Virus record (IMG/VR): IMGVR_UViG_3300047476_000521
Span: 1-64,000 of that record
Direction: 5' to 3' (one strand)
Origin: a virus
DNA: 64,000 nt
Position numbers and translations under genes: made by a program. Positions within the stretch are counted from its first letter, which is position 1; every line of letters begins with the position of its first letter. This document shows positions 1-7,775 of this stretch, piece by piece. A model generated the notes under the pieces. It was not told the DNA's origin and searched no databases. It saw only the letters and a list, made by a program, of their open reading frames with translations.

Positions 1-40
1 GTATAGAGTCAATTAGAAATTTTCTAAGAGAAGCAGATAA

Positions 41-67
41 AAAAATGGGGAGCCGTTAAGCTCCCCA
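41..67 (-). terminator. Rho-independent terminator after the putative holin
   Basis: GGGGAGC/GCTCCCC inverted repeat next to an A-run (U-tract on the - strand). Confidence 0.7.
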
Positions 68-73
68 GATTAA

Positions 74-313
74 TTATTCGTCAGCCTTTGGTGGCTCTGT
101 CATAATGGCGTTATGAACTGTGGTGATCTGTGTAAGAAAACGCATGAAAGCCATGATAAGAGCCGCTACTAAACCAGCAGCAGGAACTACCATATTCTGA
201 GGAACTCCCCAGCTTCCAAGAACAGAGACCCAGTCAACTCCTGATACCTTTTCGGTGATAGCAGGTAGAAAAGCCATTAAAAACGCAACAAGATATGTCT
301 TATATCCTAGCAT
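74..313 (-). CDS. small two-TM membrane protein, putative holin
   Basis: ATG at 313 with AAGGAG SD; two hydrophobic segments (YLVAFLMAFLP, VVPAAGLVAALIMAFMR); late-promoter-like CATAAATA at about 352-359. Confidence 0.5.
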   Translation of the reverse strand: MLGYKTYLVAFLMAFLPAITEKVSGVDWVSVLGSWGVPQNMVVPAAGLVAALIMAFMRFLTQITTVHNAIMTEPPKADE

Positions 314-354
314 AATTATCTCCTTTCGAAAGAATTGCCCGAAGGCAACCCTAT

Positions 355-798
355 TTATGATTCGATCCACTTTCGGATACGATCGATATATGCTTCCTTC
401 TCGTCAGCAACATAATCTTTTCCTAAGAAGTTGCCTTTACTATCTCTTTTAGGATACTTATAGATACGATCCTCAACAGGTCCATACTTGTTCACCATTT
501 CAAACACTCTTGGTAGAATGTAGAAGTTTAGAAAAGCAGGATCGTGAATCTTGTTTTCAACCGACTTGTATGGTCTGCCTGCGAGATATGCCCGAGCAAG
601 AAACGTTGCACGGTTCTCATTACGAACGTCCCACTTACGGTGATTGCTGATTGATCGATACTTCTCGATTAGTTTGCGATCAGGTGTTCCTTGATCGCAT
701 TGCCATCTGATTTGCTTTTTGAGTTTGTGCTCCTCATGACGAATGACTTTTGCTTCTAGTCCGAGGTGCTTTGATTTGATTTTTAGTTCAATACTCAT
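355..798 (-). CDS. phage hypothetical protein (MSIELKIKSKHLGLEAKVIRHEE...)
   Basis: ATG at 798 with AAGGA SD; open frame; can be extended upstream through a TAG-interrupted leader. Confidence 0.75.
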   Translation of the reverse strand: MSIELKIKSKHLGLEAKVIRHEEHKLKKQIRWQCDQGTPDRKLIEKYRSISNHRKWDVRNENRATFLARAYLAGRPYKSVENKIHDPAFLNFYILPRVFEMVNKYGPVEDRIYKYPKRDSKGNFLGKDYVADEKEAYIDRIRKWIES

Positions 799-867
799 TT
801 GTGTTTCCTTTTGTTTGACTGGTTCATAAAATGAAGACAAAAGGAATTTTGGTGGTGATCTAGAAAC

Positions 868-891
868 CTAACGAAAAAAATTCTTGAACAT
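868..891 (-). CDS. 7-codon leader ORF MFKNFFR ending in TAG, in frame with the downstream gene
   Basis: GAAAGGA SD, ATG at 891, TAG at 870-868, frame continues as VSRSPPKF... into 355..798. Confidence 0.6.
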   Translation of the reverse strand: MFKNFFR

Positions 892-915
892 TGTTGTATC
901 CTTTCATGAAGTAAT

Positions 916-989
916 TGGCGCCCCTAGTGGGAATTGAACTCACATTGGTCGTTTTAGAGACGATTGCATTGCCATTATGCTATAGGGGC
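916..989 (-). tRNA. amber suppressor tRNA (anticodon CUA)
   Basis: 74-nt cloverleaf: acceptor GCCCCTA/TAGGGGC, D arm GCAT/ATGC, anticodon loop CTCTAAA, T loop TTCAATT, G73 plus encoded CCA. Confidence 0.85.
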
Positions 990-1052
990 GCAAACTATTT
1001 AGGCGATTTTTTCTAGTTTTACAAGCAGCTATTGTTCTAAAATATTTAGATT

Positions 1053-1120
1053 TATAAATAGAATTGTCTGTCGCGAGGTACGAACTCCACAGACTCTAGC
1101 CCTAGCAAGAGGAGCCCAGC
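1053..1120 (+). promoter_or_regulatory. late promoter TATAAATA plus conserved structured leader (copy 1)
   Basis: TATAAATA at 1053-1060; GTCTGT/ACAGAC stem, then TCTA...GGAG...CAGC-ATG; same layout as copies at 6006-6084 and 7696-7764. Confidence 0.7.
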
Positions 1121-1720
1121 ATGCATATTTATAATACGCCTTATACATATCTTATTGGTTGGACCGAACACGACAAGTGGTATTACGGTTCTCAATATGG
1201 CAAAAAAGCTAATCCTTCAAATTTATGGAAAACATATTTCACTTCTTCTAAACATGTAAAAAATTTTAGAGAAAAATATGGCGATCCGGATATAATCCAA
1301 ATAAGAAAAATATTTGAAGCATCTGAACAATGCAGAGAGTGGGAATACAAAGTTCTTCGTAGATTAAAAGCTAAACAAAAAGAAAAATTTTTAAATAAAA
1401 CAAATAGTAAAGGTATTTCCAACGAAGAAATGTTACTGCTAGGTAAACATCCTTCTCAAAATATAGATGCAAGGAAAAAAATTAGCTTATCGAATAAAGG
1501 TAGATTAGTTGGAGACAAAAATCCATCAAAAAGAGAAGATGTTCGTGAGAAATTAAGAAGACCTAAATCAGAAGAATGGAAAAGAAAAATTTCTGAATCT
1601 TCAAAAAACAGAAAAAGGCTGACATGTCCTTATTGCAAAAAACAACGTCAGCCTCAAATTTATAACAAACATCATGGAGAAAATTGTAAACTTAAACCTT
1701 CTCTGTGCGAAGAACTCTGA
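1121..1720 (+). CDS. GIY-YIG (Seg-like) free-standing endonuclease with NUMOD3-like repeats and C-terminal Zn finger
   Basis: YTYLIG...WYYGS, E(x)KVL and FLNK motifs; KSEEWKRKISES; CPYC...HHGENCK. Confidence 0.8.
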   Translation: MHIYNTPYTYLIGWTEHDKWYYGSQYGKKANPSNLWKTYFTSSKHVKNFREKYGDPDIIQIRKIFEASEQCREWEYKVLRRLKAKQKEKFLNKTNSKGISNEEMLLLGKHPSQNIDARKKISLSNKGRLVGDKNPSKREDVREKLRRPKSEEWKRKISESSKNRKRLTCPYCKKQRQPQIYNKHHGENCKLKPSLCEEL

Positions 1721-1787
1721 AAGTGGTGTTAGAAATCCACACACCAATCTCCCAGCAGTTCATCTGAATGTTATATCGCTTCGTCAT
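1692..1787 (-). CDS. small hypothetical protein (31 aa, MTKRYNIQMNCWEIG...)
   Basis: ATGA overlap with the upstream ORF stop; not in the ORF track. Confidence 0.5.
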   Translation of the reverse strand: MTKRYNIQMNCWEIGVWISNTTFRVLRTEKV

Positions 1788-1963
1788 TTTGCTTCTCCAA
1801 TTTCAAACACTGGCTTACCAACTAAGTTTCCGCCTTCTCGGAGCAACTGGACAAATGTCATTGCATCTGTGAAGGTGGGAAACTGTTTCGACTTATCAAT
1901 AATGAATCCGCTATTGTTCTTTACAGTGTAAACAACTCTGTATGGGTTTCTACGCTCAGTCAT
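1784..1963 (-). CDS. hypothetical protein
   Basis: AAGGAG SD, ORF. Confidence 0.65.
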   Translation of the reverse strand: MTERRNPYRVVYTVKNNSGFIIDKSKQFPTFTDAMTFVQLLREGGNLVGKPVFEIGEAK

Positions 1964-2024
1964 GTTTCTCTCCTTCATAGTTAGACAGTATAAAACATAC
2001 TGCCAATAAAGTCAACTATTTAGA

Positions 2025-2246
2025 TCACAGCTGGCAACTTTTAAGTAAATTAATAAGATTTGTTATCTGTGCATCTGTAATAAAATCTCTTTCTCCAATT
2101 CTATAAGACTCTAACATCGTAGCATAGTATGCAGCATTGTCGCCACGAATGAATACACCAGGCCAGTCATCATTGAATTGAACTGGACCAGTCTCCACAC
2201 GAACAGAGTCATTCTCTGTAATAATATGTCTAACGTCAGTGGTCAT
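2025..2246 (-). CDS. hypothetical protein
   Basis: ORF in operon; ETGPVQFNDDWPGVFIRGDNA segment. Confidence 0.65.
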   Translation of the reverse strand: MTTDVRHIITENDSVRVETGPVQFNDDWPGVFIRGDNAAYYATMLESYRIGERDFITDAQITNLINLLKSCQL

Positions 2247-2469
2247 GAGAAACAATCTTTCTTACTTCTAGACCTTGAGGTGGAAGTCTATCCACAAAGA
2301 ACATAGCATCTGCTTCAGTATGAAACTGTGCTATCACCTCGCCATGTCTAGCATCATATGACGTGGGATCAAGGAGCTGAAATGGCGTCACTACAACAAC
2401 TGCCCATTGCATAGGACGGCAATATACATCTACTTGCACAGTTTGAGCGATTGTCTTTTCAATGATCAT
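2236..2469 (-). CDS. hypothetical protein
   Basis: ORF coupled to the ligase stop (ATGA overlap). Confidence 0.6.
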   Translation of the reverse strand: MIIEKTIAQTVQVDVYCRPMQWAVVVVTPFQLLDPTSYDARHGEVIAQFHTEADAMFFVDRLPPQGLEVRKIVSHDH

Positions 2470-3587
2470 AGTTCCCTCTTACCTTTCCAGAATGCAACGA
2501 CTACGGGAAAACGTAGCTTTCCATCAACTGTTTTGTTCTGATATCGCACAGTAACATCAGTTCCAATCAGCTGCTCACGTTCAGCAAGAATATCTTTTAG
2601 AAATTCCTGCGTTCCACGAACACCAGAGCTCTGAGTAGTTCCATCCTTCAGTTTAATGTCAATAGACTTGGCATATCCTGCCCAGTTACCTTGACCCTCT
2701 GTGATGTCAACAATCTCAAACTCTTCATCTTCGAACTCTTTGTGCTTGATCAAAAACTTAGAACGCTTGCCTTCATACGGTGAGTCAGGAACACGGAGCA
2801 TTTGACCTTCATAACCAGCTTCGAGATAAAAAGCCAAACGCTCATTGATAGCCTGTTCATTTTCTACCATCAGAGTAGGAACAAGCTTAATTGATTCATA
2901 CCAATAATCAAAGTCTTCATCAAAGGCTTCGTCAAAGAATTTAATACGGCTGATGAAGTCGCCATCATTGATGGCGTCATATACCCAAAACTGAATCATC
3001 TGCTTGGACTCTTCGAGATCCTCGGCAGTCGGCTTTGTCTTACGAGCAAGAGAAATAATCTTTTCGAAGTCATTCTTGAGGTCATGGTTGTAAAGTTCAC
3101 CATCAAGAATGATGTCCGGAAAGATCTCAAAGAAACCCTGAAGCTCTTCAAGAATATGTGGAGCAGACAGAATAGGTTTACCCTGCCGGGACTGCATACC
3201 ATCCTTAGAAACGAGACAGCGAACACCATCTAGTTTGGGCTGCGAGTAATACGGGAACTTATTATGCTTCTTAGCGTCATACTTAGTAGCAAGCATACAC
3301 TCATGAAACTTAGCGCCGAGAGTTGAAGCAGCGTTCCAGTTGAAGTGATACTTACCCTGATGCAGTTTCTTTATATATTCAGCATCAATCTCGGCAATGA
3401 CCTGCTGCTCAACAGTTGTTGCATTAGAGCGTCCTGTATTCTTTTCAGTAGGATACTGCCAACCGGAAACAACGATCTTACCGCCATCAATCCCAGAGTG
3501 AGTGCGATACTTTTCGTGATCGTATTCCATCCACCAAACACGAGTCTTTCCCTTCGTGTCGATCTTATAAAGCTTATCGCGTTCCAT
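2466..3587 (-). CDS. ATP-dependent DNA ligase (T4 gp30-like)
   Basis: motif I QPKLDGVR, LDGELY, EGQMLR, KRSKFLIKHK, C-terminal LRFP. Confidence 0.95.
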   Translation of the reverse strand: MERDKLYKIDTKGKTRVWWMEYDHEKYRTHSGIDGGKIVVSGWQYPTEKNTGRSNATTVEQQVIAEIDAEYIKKLHQGKYHFNWNAASTLGAKFHECMLATKYDAKKHNKFPYYSQPKLDGVRCLVSKDGMQSRQGKPILSAPHILEELQGFFEIFPDIILDGELYNHDLKNDFEKIISLARKTKPTAEDLEESKQMIQFWVYDAINDGDFISRIKFFDEAFDEDFDYWYESIKLVPTLMVENEQAINERLAFYLEAGYEGQMLRVPDSPYEGKRSKFLIKHKEFEDEEFEIVDITEGQGNWAGYAKSIDIKLKDGTTQSSGVRGTQEFLKDILAEREQLIGTDVTVRYQNKTVDGKLRFPVVVAFWKGKREL

Positions 3588-3619
3588 CTCTGTGCCTCTC
3601 TTCAACTGTCATTATTATA

Positions 3620-3817
3620 TCATGAACGCTCTAGGATGTCAAGCAGTTTTTCAAGATAGTCGATCTCAGAAAGAGCTCCTTTCTGAAGTCCCTTGTAGTA
3701 CTGATCGTTAAGAGGGTTTTGCTTGGCATACAGTCTCCTGTTCTCGAGCCGAGAATACAGTTCCTCTTTGATCTGGTCCCATGCCTTTTCACGATCTTTA
3801 GAGTAAAAATCATACAT
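3620..3817 (-). CDS. hypothetical protein
   Basis: AGGAG SD, ORF. Confidence 0.6.
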   Translation of the reverse strand: MYDFYSKDREKAWDQIKEELYSRLENRRLYAKQNPLNDQYYKGLQKGALSEIDYLEKLLDILERS

Positions 3818-3930
3818 CAGTATCTCTCCTGTTTCACACGTTTACGGTCATACTTTTTCTTGTTGCGTATGACTCGCTGTTTATATTTACCGCTCTTAAG
3901 CTCTATCGCTATAGGATTATATGTTTTCAT
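3817..3930 (-). CDS. 37-aa basic peptide, ArfA-like
   Basis: MKTYNPIAIELKSGKYKQRVIRNKKKYDRKRVKQERY; AAGGA SD; own promoter; not in the ORF track. Confidence 0.55.
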   Translation of the reverse strand: MKTYNPIAIELKSGKYKQRVIRNKKKYDRKRVKQERY

Positions 3931-3957
3931 CGATTGTTCCTTTCGACCTTCAACATT

Positions 3958-4058
3958 GATTATACTGGGTTCTTGGAAAAAGTCAAGCGAATATTTTTTA
4001 AAAAAGACACTCTCTACGGTTAAGCCTTCGCTTGCCTTTTTCGCAGGATAGGGTATAC
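3958..4058. promoter_or_regulatory. divergent sigma70-like early promoters
   Basis: - strand TTGACT-N17-TATAAT; + strand TTGCCT...TATACT; AT tract between them. Confidence 0.7.
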
Positions 4059-4086
4059 TTAGAATATGGTTGATGAGGAGAAAACG

Positions 4087-4362
4087 ATGAAGACTGTTAG
4101 CGAAATCAACAAGGCCATTCTCTCGGGTAATTTCTCGCCGGACGATATCCGTTCTATTCAGCAGGCACTCAAGGCCGCTTATTCTACGATGCAGACTCGT
4201 GAGAAGTTTTCGTATCGAGTTGGTGAACAGGTAACTTTCAGTTCTCGTTCGGGAGAACAGATCGTTGGTAAGATTACTAAGATTAATCAGAAGACCATTA
4301 ATATCCGTACTAACACTGGTATGGAATGGAAGGTCTCGCCGTCGCTGCTCAAGAAGGTTTAA
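4087..4362 (+). CDS. hypothetical protein with SH3/KOW-like C-terminus
   Basis: GAGGAG SD; VGEQVTF...GKITKINQKT...WKVSPSLL. Confidence 0.7.
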   Translation: MKTVSEINKAILSGNFSPDDIRSIQQALKAAYSTMQTREKFSYRVGEQVTFSSRSGEQIVGKITKINQKTINIRTNTGMEWKVSPSLLKKV

Positions 4363-4373
4363 GGAGAACTCTA

Positions 4374-4595
4374 ATGCCGTATATCGACACTAGCGTTTAT
4401 GTTGATATTGACGAATTCCATGACGACGAGCTTATTGACGAGCTCGAGGATCGTGGATATATCGTCTCGAAACAGGCAGAAGATCCAGTCGATGTCTCGA
4501 AAATTGAAGAACTGCGTAAAGAATATATCACGTATGGATATACAGAAAAGTTTCGAGACTTTCTAGATCGCTTCTTCCACGAAACATTGGGTTGA
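4374..4595 (+). CDS. hypothetical acidic protein
   Basis: AAGGAG SD, ORF. Confidence 0.7.
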   Translation: MPYIDTSVYVDIDEFHDDELIDELEDRGYIVSKQAEDPVDVSKIEELRKEYITYGYTEKFRDFLDRFFHETLG

Positions 4596-4646
4596 CTTTT
4601 TTCAAAAACAGCGGTATAATGTATATACGATGAGAGGAGAACTGTA

Positions 4647-5453
4647 ATGGCTCGTGCCCGTAAGATTGACAACGTTATCCCGCTGCCTTCCTCTAACGAG
4701 AGCGACGATCAGATCGAGCGCCGTATCGCTGAGCGATTTGAAGTGCTGGATTTTCTGGCTCAGAATTGCATCGAGGGTCATTCTCGAGCTGCTATTATTT
4801 CTGGTTCTCCTGGCGTTGGTAAAAGCTACGGTATTATGCGTATGCTAGAAGAGTACGATCCTAGCGGTAATCAGTATACCATCGTCAAAGGTTACAGTCG
4901 TGCAACAGGAATTGTAAAGCTTCTGTATCAGTTTCGTCATCCAGGTAACATTATTGTTTTCGACGATTGCGACAGCGTTTTCTCTGACGATATTAGTCTC
5001 AATCTGCTCAAAGCGGTAGTGGATACTTGCGATCGCCGCCGTGTTTCTTGGTTGAGCGAAGGTAAGCTTCTCGACGAGGATACTGGCGAGTTGGTCCCCC
5101 GTCACTTTGATTTCGAAGGTTCAGTTATCTTCCTGACAAATCTAGATTTTGACGCCATGATCGCTCGTGGTCATAAACTCGCTCCTCATCTGGAAGCTCT
5201 GCAGAGCCGTGCGCATTACCTTGACTTGACGCTCAAGAGTGCGAAAGATAAGATCATTCGTATTCGTCAGGTTGTGCTTCAGGGACTGCTCTCGCATCTT
5301 GACCTAGATCAGCAGGTCGACGTTCTTACTTTCGTCGAAGCTTACTACGAGAATATGCGAGAGTTGTCTCTTCGTGCTGTTATTAAGTTGGGCGCTCTAC
5401 GTGCTAACAACGATAACTGGTCGAAGATCGCTCGCATTACTATGCTGAAGTGA
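4647..5453 (+). CDS. P-loop (AAA+-like) ATPase
   Basis: Walker A GSPGVGKS, Walker B IIVFDDCD, sensor VIFLTN; own promoter TTGACT...TATAAT at 4592-4620. Confidence 0.85.
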   Translation: MARARKIDNVIPLPSSNESDDQIERRIAERFEVLDFLAQNCIEGHSRAAIISGSPGVGKSYGIMRMLEEYDPSGNQYTIVKGYSRATGIVKLLYQFRHPGNIIVFDDCDSVFSDDISLNLLKAVVDTCDRRRVSWLSEGKLLDEDTGELVPRHFDFEGSVIFLTNLDFDAMIARGHKLAPHLEALQSRAHYLDLTLKSAKDKIIRIRQVVLQGLLSHLDLDQQVDVLTFVEAYYENMRELSLRAVIKLGALRANNDNWSKIARITMLK

Positions 5454-6005
5454 TTTGCATTTGCTTCCATGGCATTTACCATAAACTGGCGCTGTTACCG
5501 TTTTGCCACAATGTTCACACGTCTTTGGTTTGTAGTTAGGATTATCTGCGAAGAAACGTGCTGATCTTTTTGGTCTAGATGCTGCAGCGCCTTTTTTACC
5601 GTTATCGCTCTGTATATCTGAGCGTAGAAATGGGTGAGAGCCATCTTGTAATTGTTTGGCGATATATTGTTTGTGTAATTCTGGATTAGAAAAATTATGA
5701 ACGCCTCGTTCTATCTGATCTTGAACAGCAATTCTAGAAATGTCGCTCAATTCTTTACTGCTGAGAGATTGATGCATTCTTTTTGCTATTCTAGAAGCAG
5801 AGCCAATGTCGCCTTGATCTAGATGTATTTTAAAATGTTCTTCTATAGTAACTAATTGTAGATTGTTTATGTCATTGTTCTTGTGGTCTCCATCTATATG
5901 ATGGATCTCGTAAGAACGTCCGTGTTCATCTTTTGGGATTGGACCGTAATATTGTTCGTATATACGGCGATATGTGCGGCTGTGAGTGCGTTTATAAGTA
6001 GTCAT
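5397..6005 (-). CDS. HNH free-standing endonuclease with C-terminal Zn finger
   Basis: EIHHIDGDHKNNDINNLQLVTIEEH; CEHC...CHGSKCK. Confidence 0.85.
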   Translation of the reverse strand: MTTYKRTHSRTYRRIYEQYYGPIPKDEHGRSYEIHHIDGDHKNNDINNLQLVTIEEHFKIHLDQGDIGSASRIAKRMHQSLSSKELSDISRIAVQDQIERGVHNFSNPELHKQYIAKQLQDGSHPFLRSDIQSDNGKKGAAASRPKRSARFFADNPNYKPKTCEHCGKTVTAPVYGKCHGSKCKSLQHSNASDLRPVIVVST

Positions 6006-6084
6006 AGCTGTGTCTCCAAGGTTTTGCGTTAGACATAGAGCTCGTAGATGTTGGTAGCATCGTGACGGGCATCTTTTATTTAGT
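6006..6084 (-). promoter_or_regulatory. late promoter (CTAAATA) plus conserved structured leader (copy 2)
   Basis: GCCCGT-CAC-GATG...CATC-T-ACGAGC-TCTA-TGTCT...GGAGACA-CAGC-T-ATG. Confidence 0.7.
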
Positions 6085-6117
6085 TGACTTTACGCAGAAA
6101 CCTAATATAATATTTCT

Positions 6118-6585
6118 ATGATGAAAAGAAAAGGTGAAATGATGGGAATGAAGTGTTATTTGGTCGATGTTGATGGTACTGTTGCTAATACAGAGCATCG
6201 TATTCATTATATTACAAACGGTCACAAGGACTGGACTAACTGGCATGCGAATGCTCATAAGGACGAGCCAATTGATCAGATGGTAGAAATTCTTGATATG
6301 GCCTCTGCTGCTGGTATTAAGATTGTTCTCTGCACTGGTCGTGATGAGAAGTGCCGTGAGGATACTACTGGCTGGTTCTATGATAATGATATTCCTTTCG
6401 ATGCCCTCTACATGCGCAAGCAGGGAGATCGCCGAGATGATGATATCGTTAAGTTCGAATTGCTAGAGCAGATCTATGCCGACGGTTATGAGCCTGTTCT
6501 AGTATTCGACGATCGTGACCGTGTCGTTAAGATGTGGCGGGCCGCTGGGCTTCGTTGCTTTCAGGTAGCACCAGGAGATTTCTGA
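6118..6585 (+). CDS. HAD-family phosphatase (polynucleotide kinase 3'-phosphatase domain, PseT C-terminal-like)
   Basis: DVDGT motif I, TGR motif II, FDDR motif; true start may be 6139 or 6148. Confidence 0.85.
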   Translation: MMKRKGEMMGMKCYLVDVDGTVANTEHRIHYITNGHKDWTNWHANAHKDEPIDQMVEILDMASAAGIKIVLCTGRDEKCREDTTGWFYDNDIPFDALYMRKQGDRRDDDIVKFELLEQIYADGYEPVLVFDDRDRVVKMWRAAGLRCFQVAPGDF

Positions 6586-6767
6586 TGAGTGAGATCATGT
6601 GTAAGCCGATCCCTAATTGTTTATCGATCGAGGGAGGATCTTGGGAGTATGTTGTAGTCAATCGGCATACTAATAAGATTGTCGCTGCATTCACTAACGA
6701 TATCGATGCTGAACAATACGTCCAGCAGTGCGCTGGACCGTTCTACATTCGAGAAGTTGAAGATTGA
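6585..6767 (+). CDS. hypothetical protein
   Basis: AGGAG SD, TGATG coupling. Confidence 0.6.
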   Translation: MSEIMCKPIPNCLSIEGGSWEYVVVNRHTNKIVAAFTNDIDAEQYVQQCAGPFYIREVED

Positions 6768-6818
6768 CTTTTGTCGCATCTAGAGGTATAATACCTGAAT
6801 GAATTAAGGGAGTCAACT

Positions 6819-7238
6819 ATGCGCCTTCGTATTCGAGTTTCAAATCCGATGTATGCATACCGTCACACGTATGCTTCATATATTCAGATCCCTGAATACT
6901 ACGAATACGAAGGCGAGATTGTATCTCCCAAGCCTAAGTGGCTTTCCGATAACCAATTTATGATGGATACTGGCGAAGATGAATCCGTACTTCGTATTCT
7001 GGATAAAGACAGAATCATTTGTGGTTGGATACCTGGTAATGATAGGAAACTGTCTGCTCCTACGTCAGTTACTGTCCAATCCGGATCTTCTGGAAAGTCT
7101 TATATTGTATCTCTGGCCGATGGCGGTCTTAGTTTACGCTGCAATTGTACATCTTTTTCGTACAGGAAAACTTGCAGTCATATTAAGGAAGTAGAGGAAG
7201 CCGATGTTTACATTTGTCAAAATGCCATCGATGCATAA
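6819..7238 (+). CDS. SWIM zinc-finger protein
   Basis: YIVSL...CNCTSFSYRKTCSHIK (CxC...CxH). Confidence 0.75.
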   Translation: MRLRIRVSNPMYAYRHTYASYIQIPEYYEYEGEIVSPKPKWLSDNQFMMDTGEDESVLRILDKDRIICGWIPGNDRKLSAPTSVTVQSGSSGKSYIVSLADGGLSLRCNCTSFSYRKTCSHIKEVEEADVYICQNAIDA

Positions 7239-7695
7239 CAAGACTTTGACCTGTTTTACCGCAATGAGGGCAAGTAACATATTTACTGTGCACTTCATCG
7301 TAAACCCTCTGGAGATGATCCAATTTCGCTTTTGATCTGCTTTTACCACCTTTAACAGCGTTACGACGCTGTATTTCTGAATTCTGAAAAGGATTTCTTC
7401 CTTCAGATAGTAGTCTCTGTGCTAACTTTTTACCGAATGGATGATCGCCTCTTTCTATTCTTCTTTTGTTAGATAGACTAGCGAGTTGAGACTTATCGGC
7501 CGATAGAGAATGTTTAGAAAGTAGTAAACAAGCAGCCCAGTCTCCTTGTTCGAAATGCACGTTGTAATGTTCTTTTGGAGATAAAGCAATTAGGTTTGAA
7601 GGATTGTTGTTAGTTCTATCTCCATCGATATGATGGATATGATAACCTTGAGGAATAGGACCGAAATGTTGTTCGTAGATACGTCTATATATCAT
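7183..7695 (-). CDS. HNH free-standing endonuclease with C-terminal Zn finger
   Basis: HIHHIDGDRTNNNPSNLIALSPKEH; CPHCGK...HRWHFDKCK; paralog of 5397..6005. Confidence 0.85.
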   Translation of the reverse strand: MIYRRIYEQHFGPIPQGYHIHHIDGDRTNNNPSNLIALSPKEHYNVHFEQGDWAACLLLSKHSLSADKSQLASLSNKRRIERGDHPFGKKLAQRLLSEGRNPFQNSEIQRRNAVKGGKSRSKAKLDHLQRVYDEVHSKYVTCPHCGKTGQSLVMHRWHFDKCKHRLPLLP

Positions 7696-7764
7696 ATGCT
7701 GGCGCTCCTTATTAGCGTTAGAGTCCGTAGATATTGGAGTATCGTGACGGACAACTTATTTATA
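7696..7764 (-). promoter_or_regulatory. late promoter TATAAATA plus conserved structured leader (copy 3)
   Basis: GTCCGT-CAC-GATA...TATC-T-ACGGAC-TCTA-ACGCT...GGAGCG-C-CAGC-AT-ATG. Confidence 0.7.
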
Positions 7765-7775
7765 TGGGAAGCAGC

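Noticed and set aside
1053-7764. Endonucleases as group I intron ORFs or IS200/IS605 (IscB/TnpB) elements
   Set aside because: They are antisense and intergenic, have only about 65-80 nt of leader, and show no intron core, RuvC motifs or transposase.
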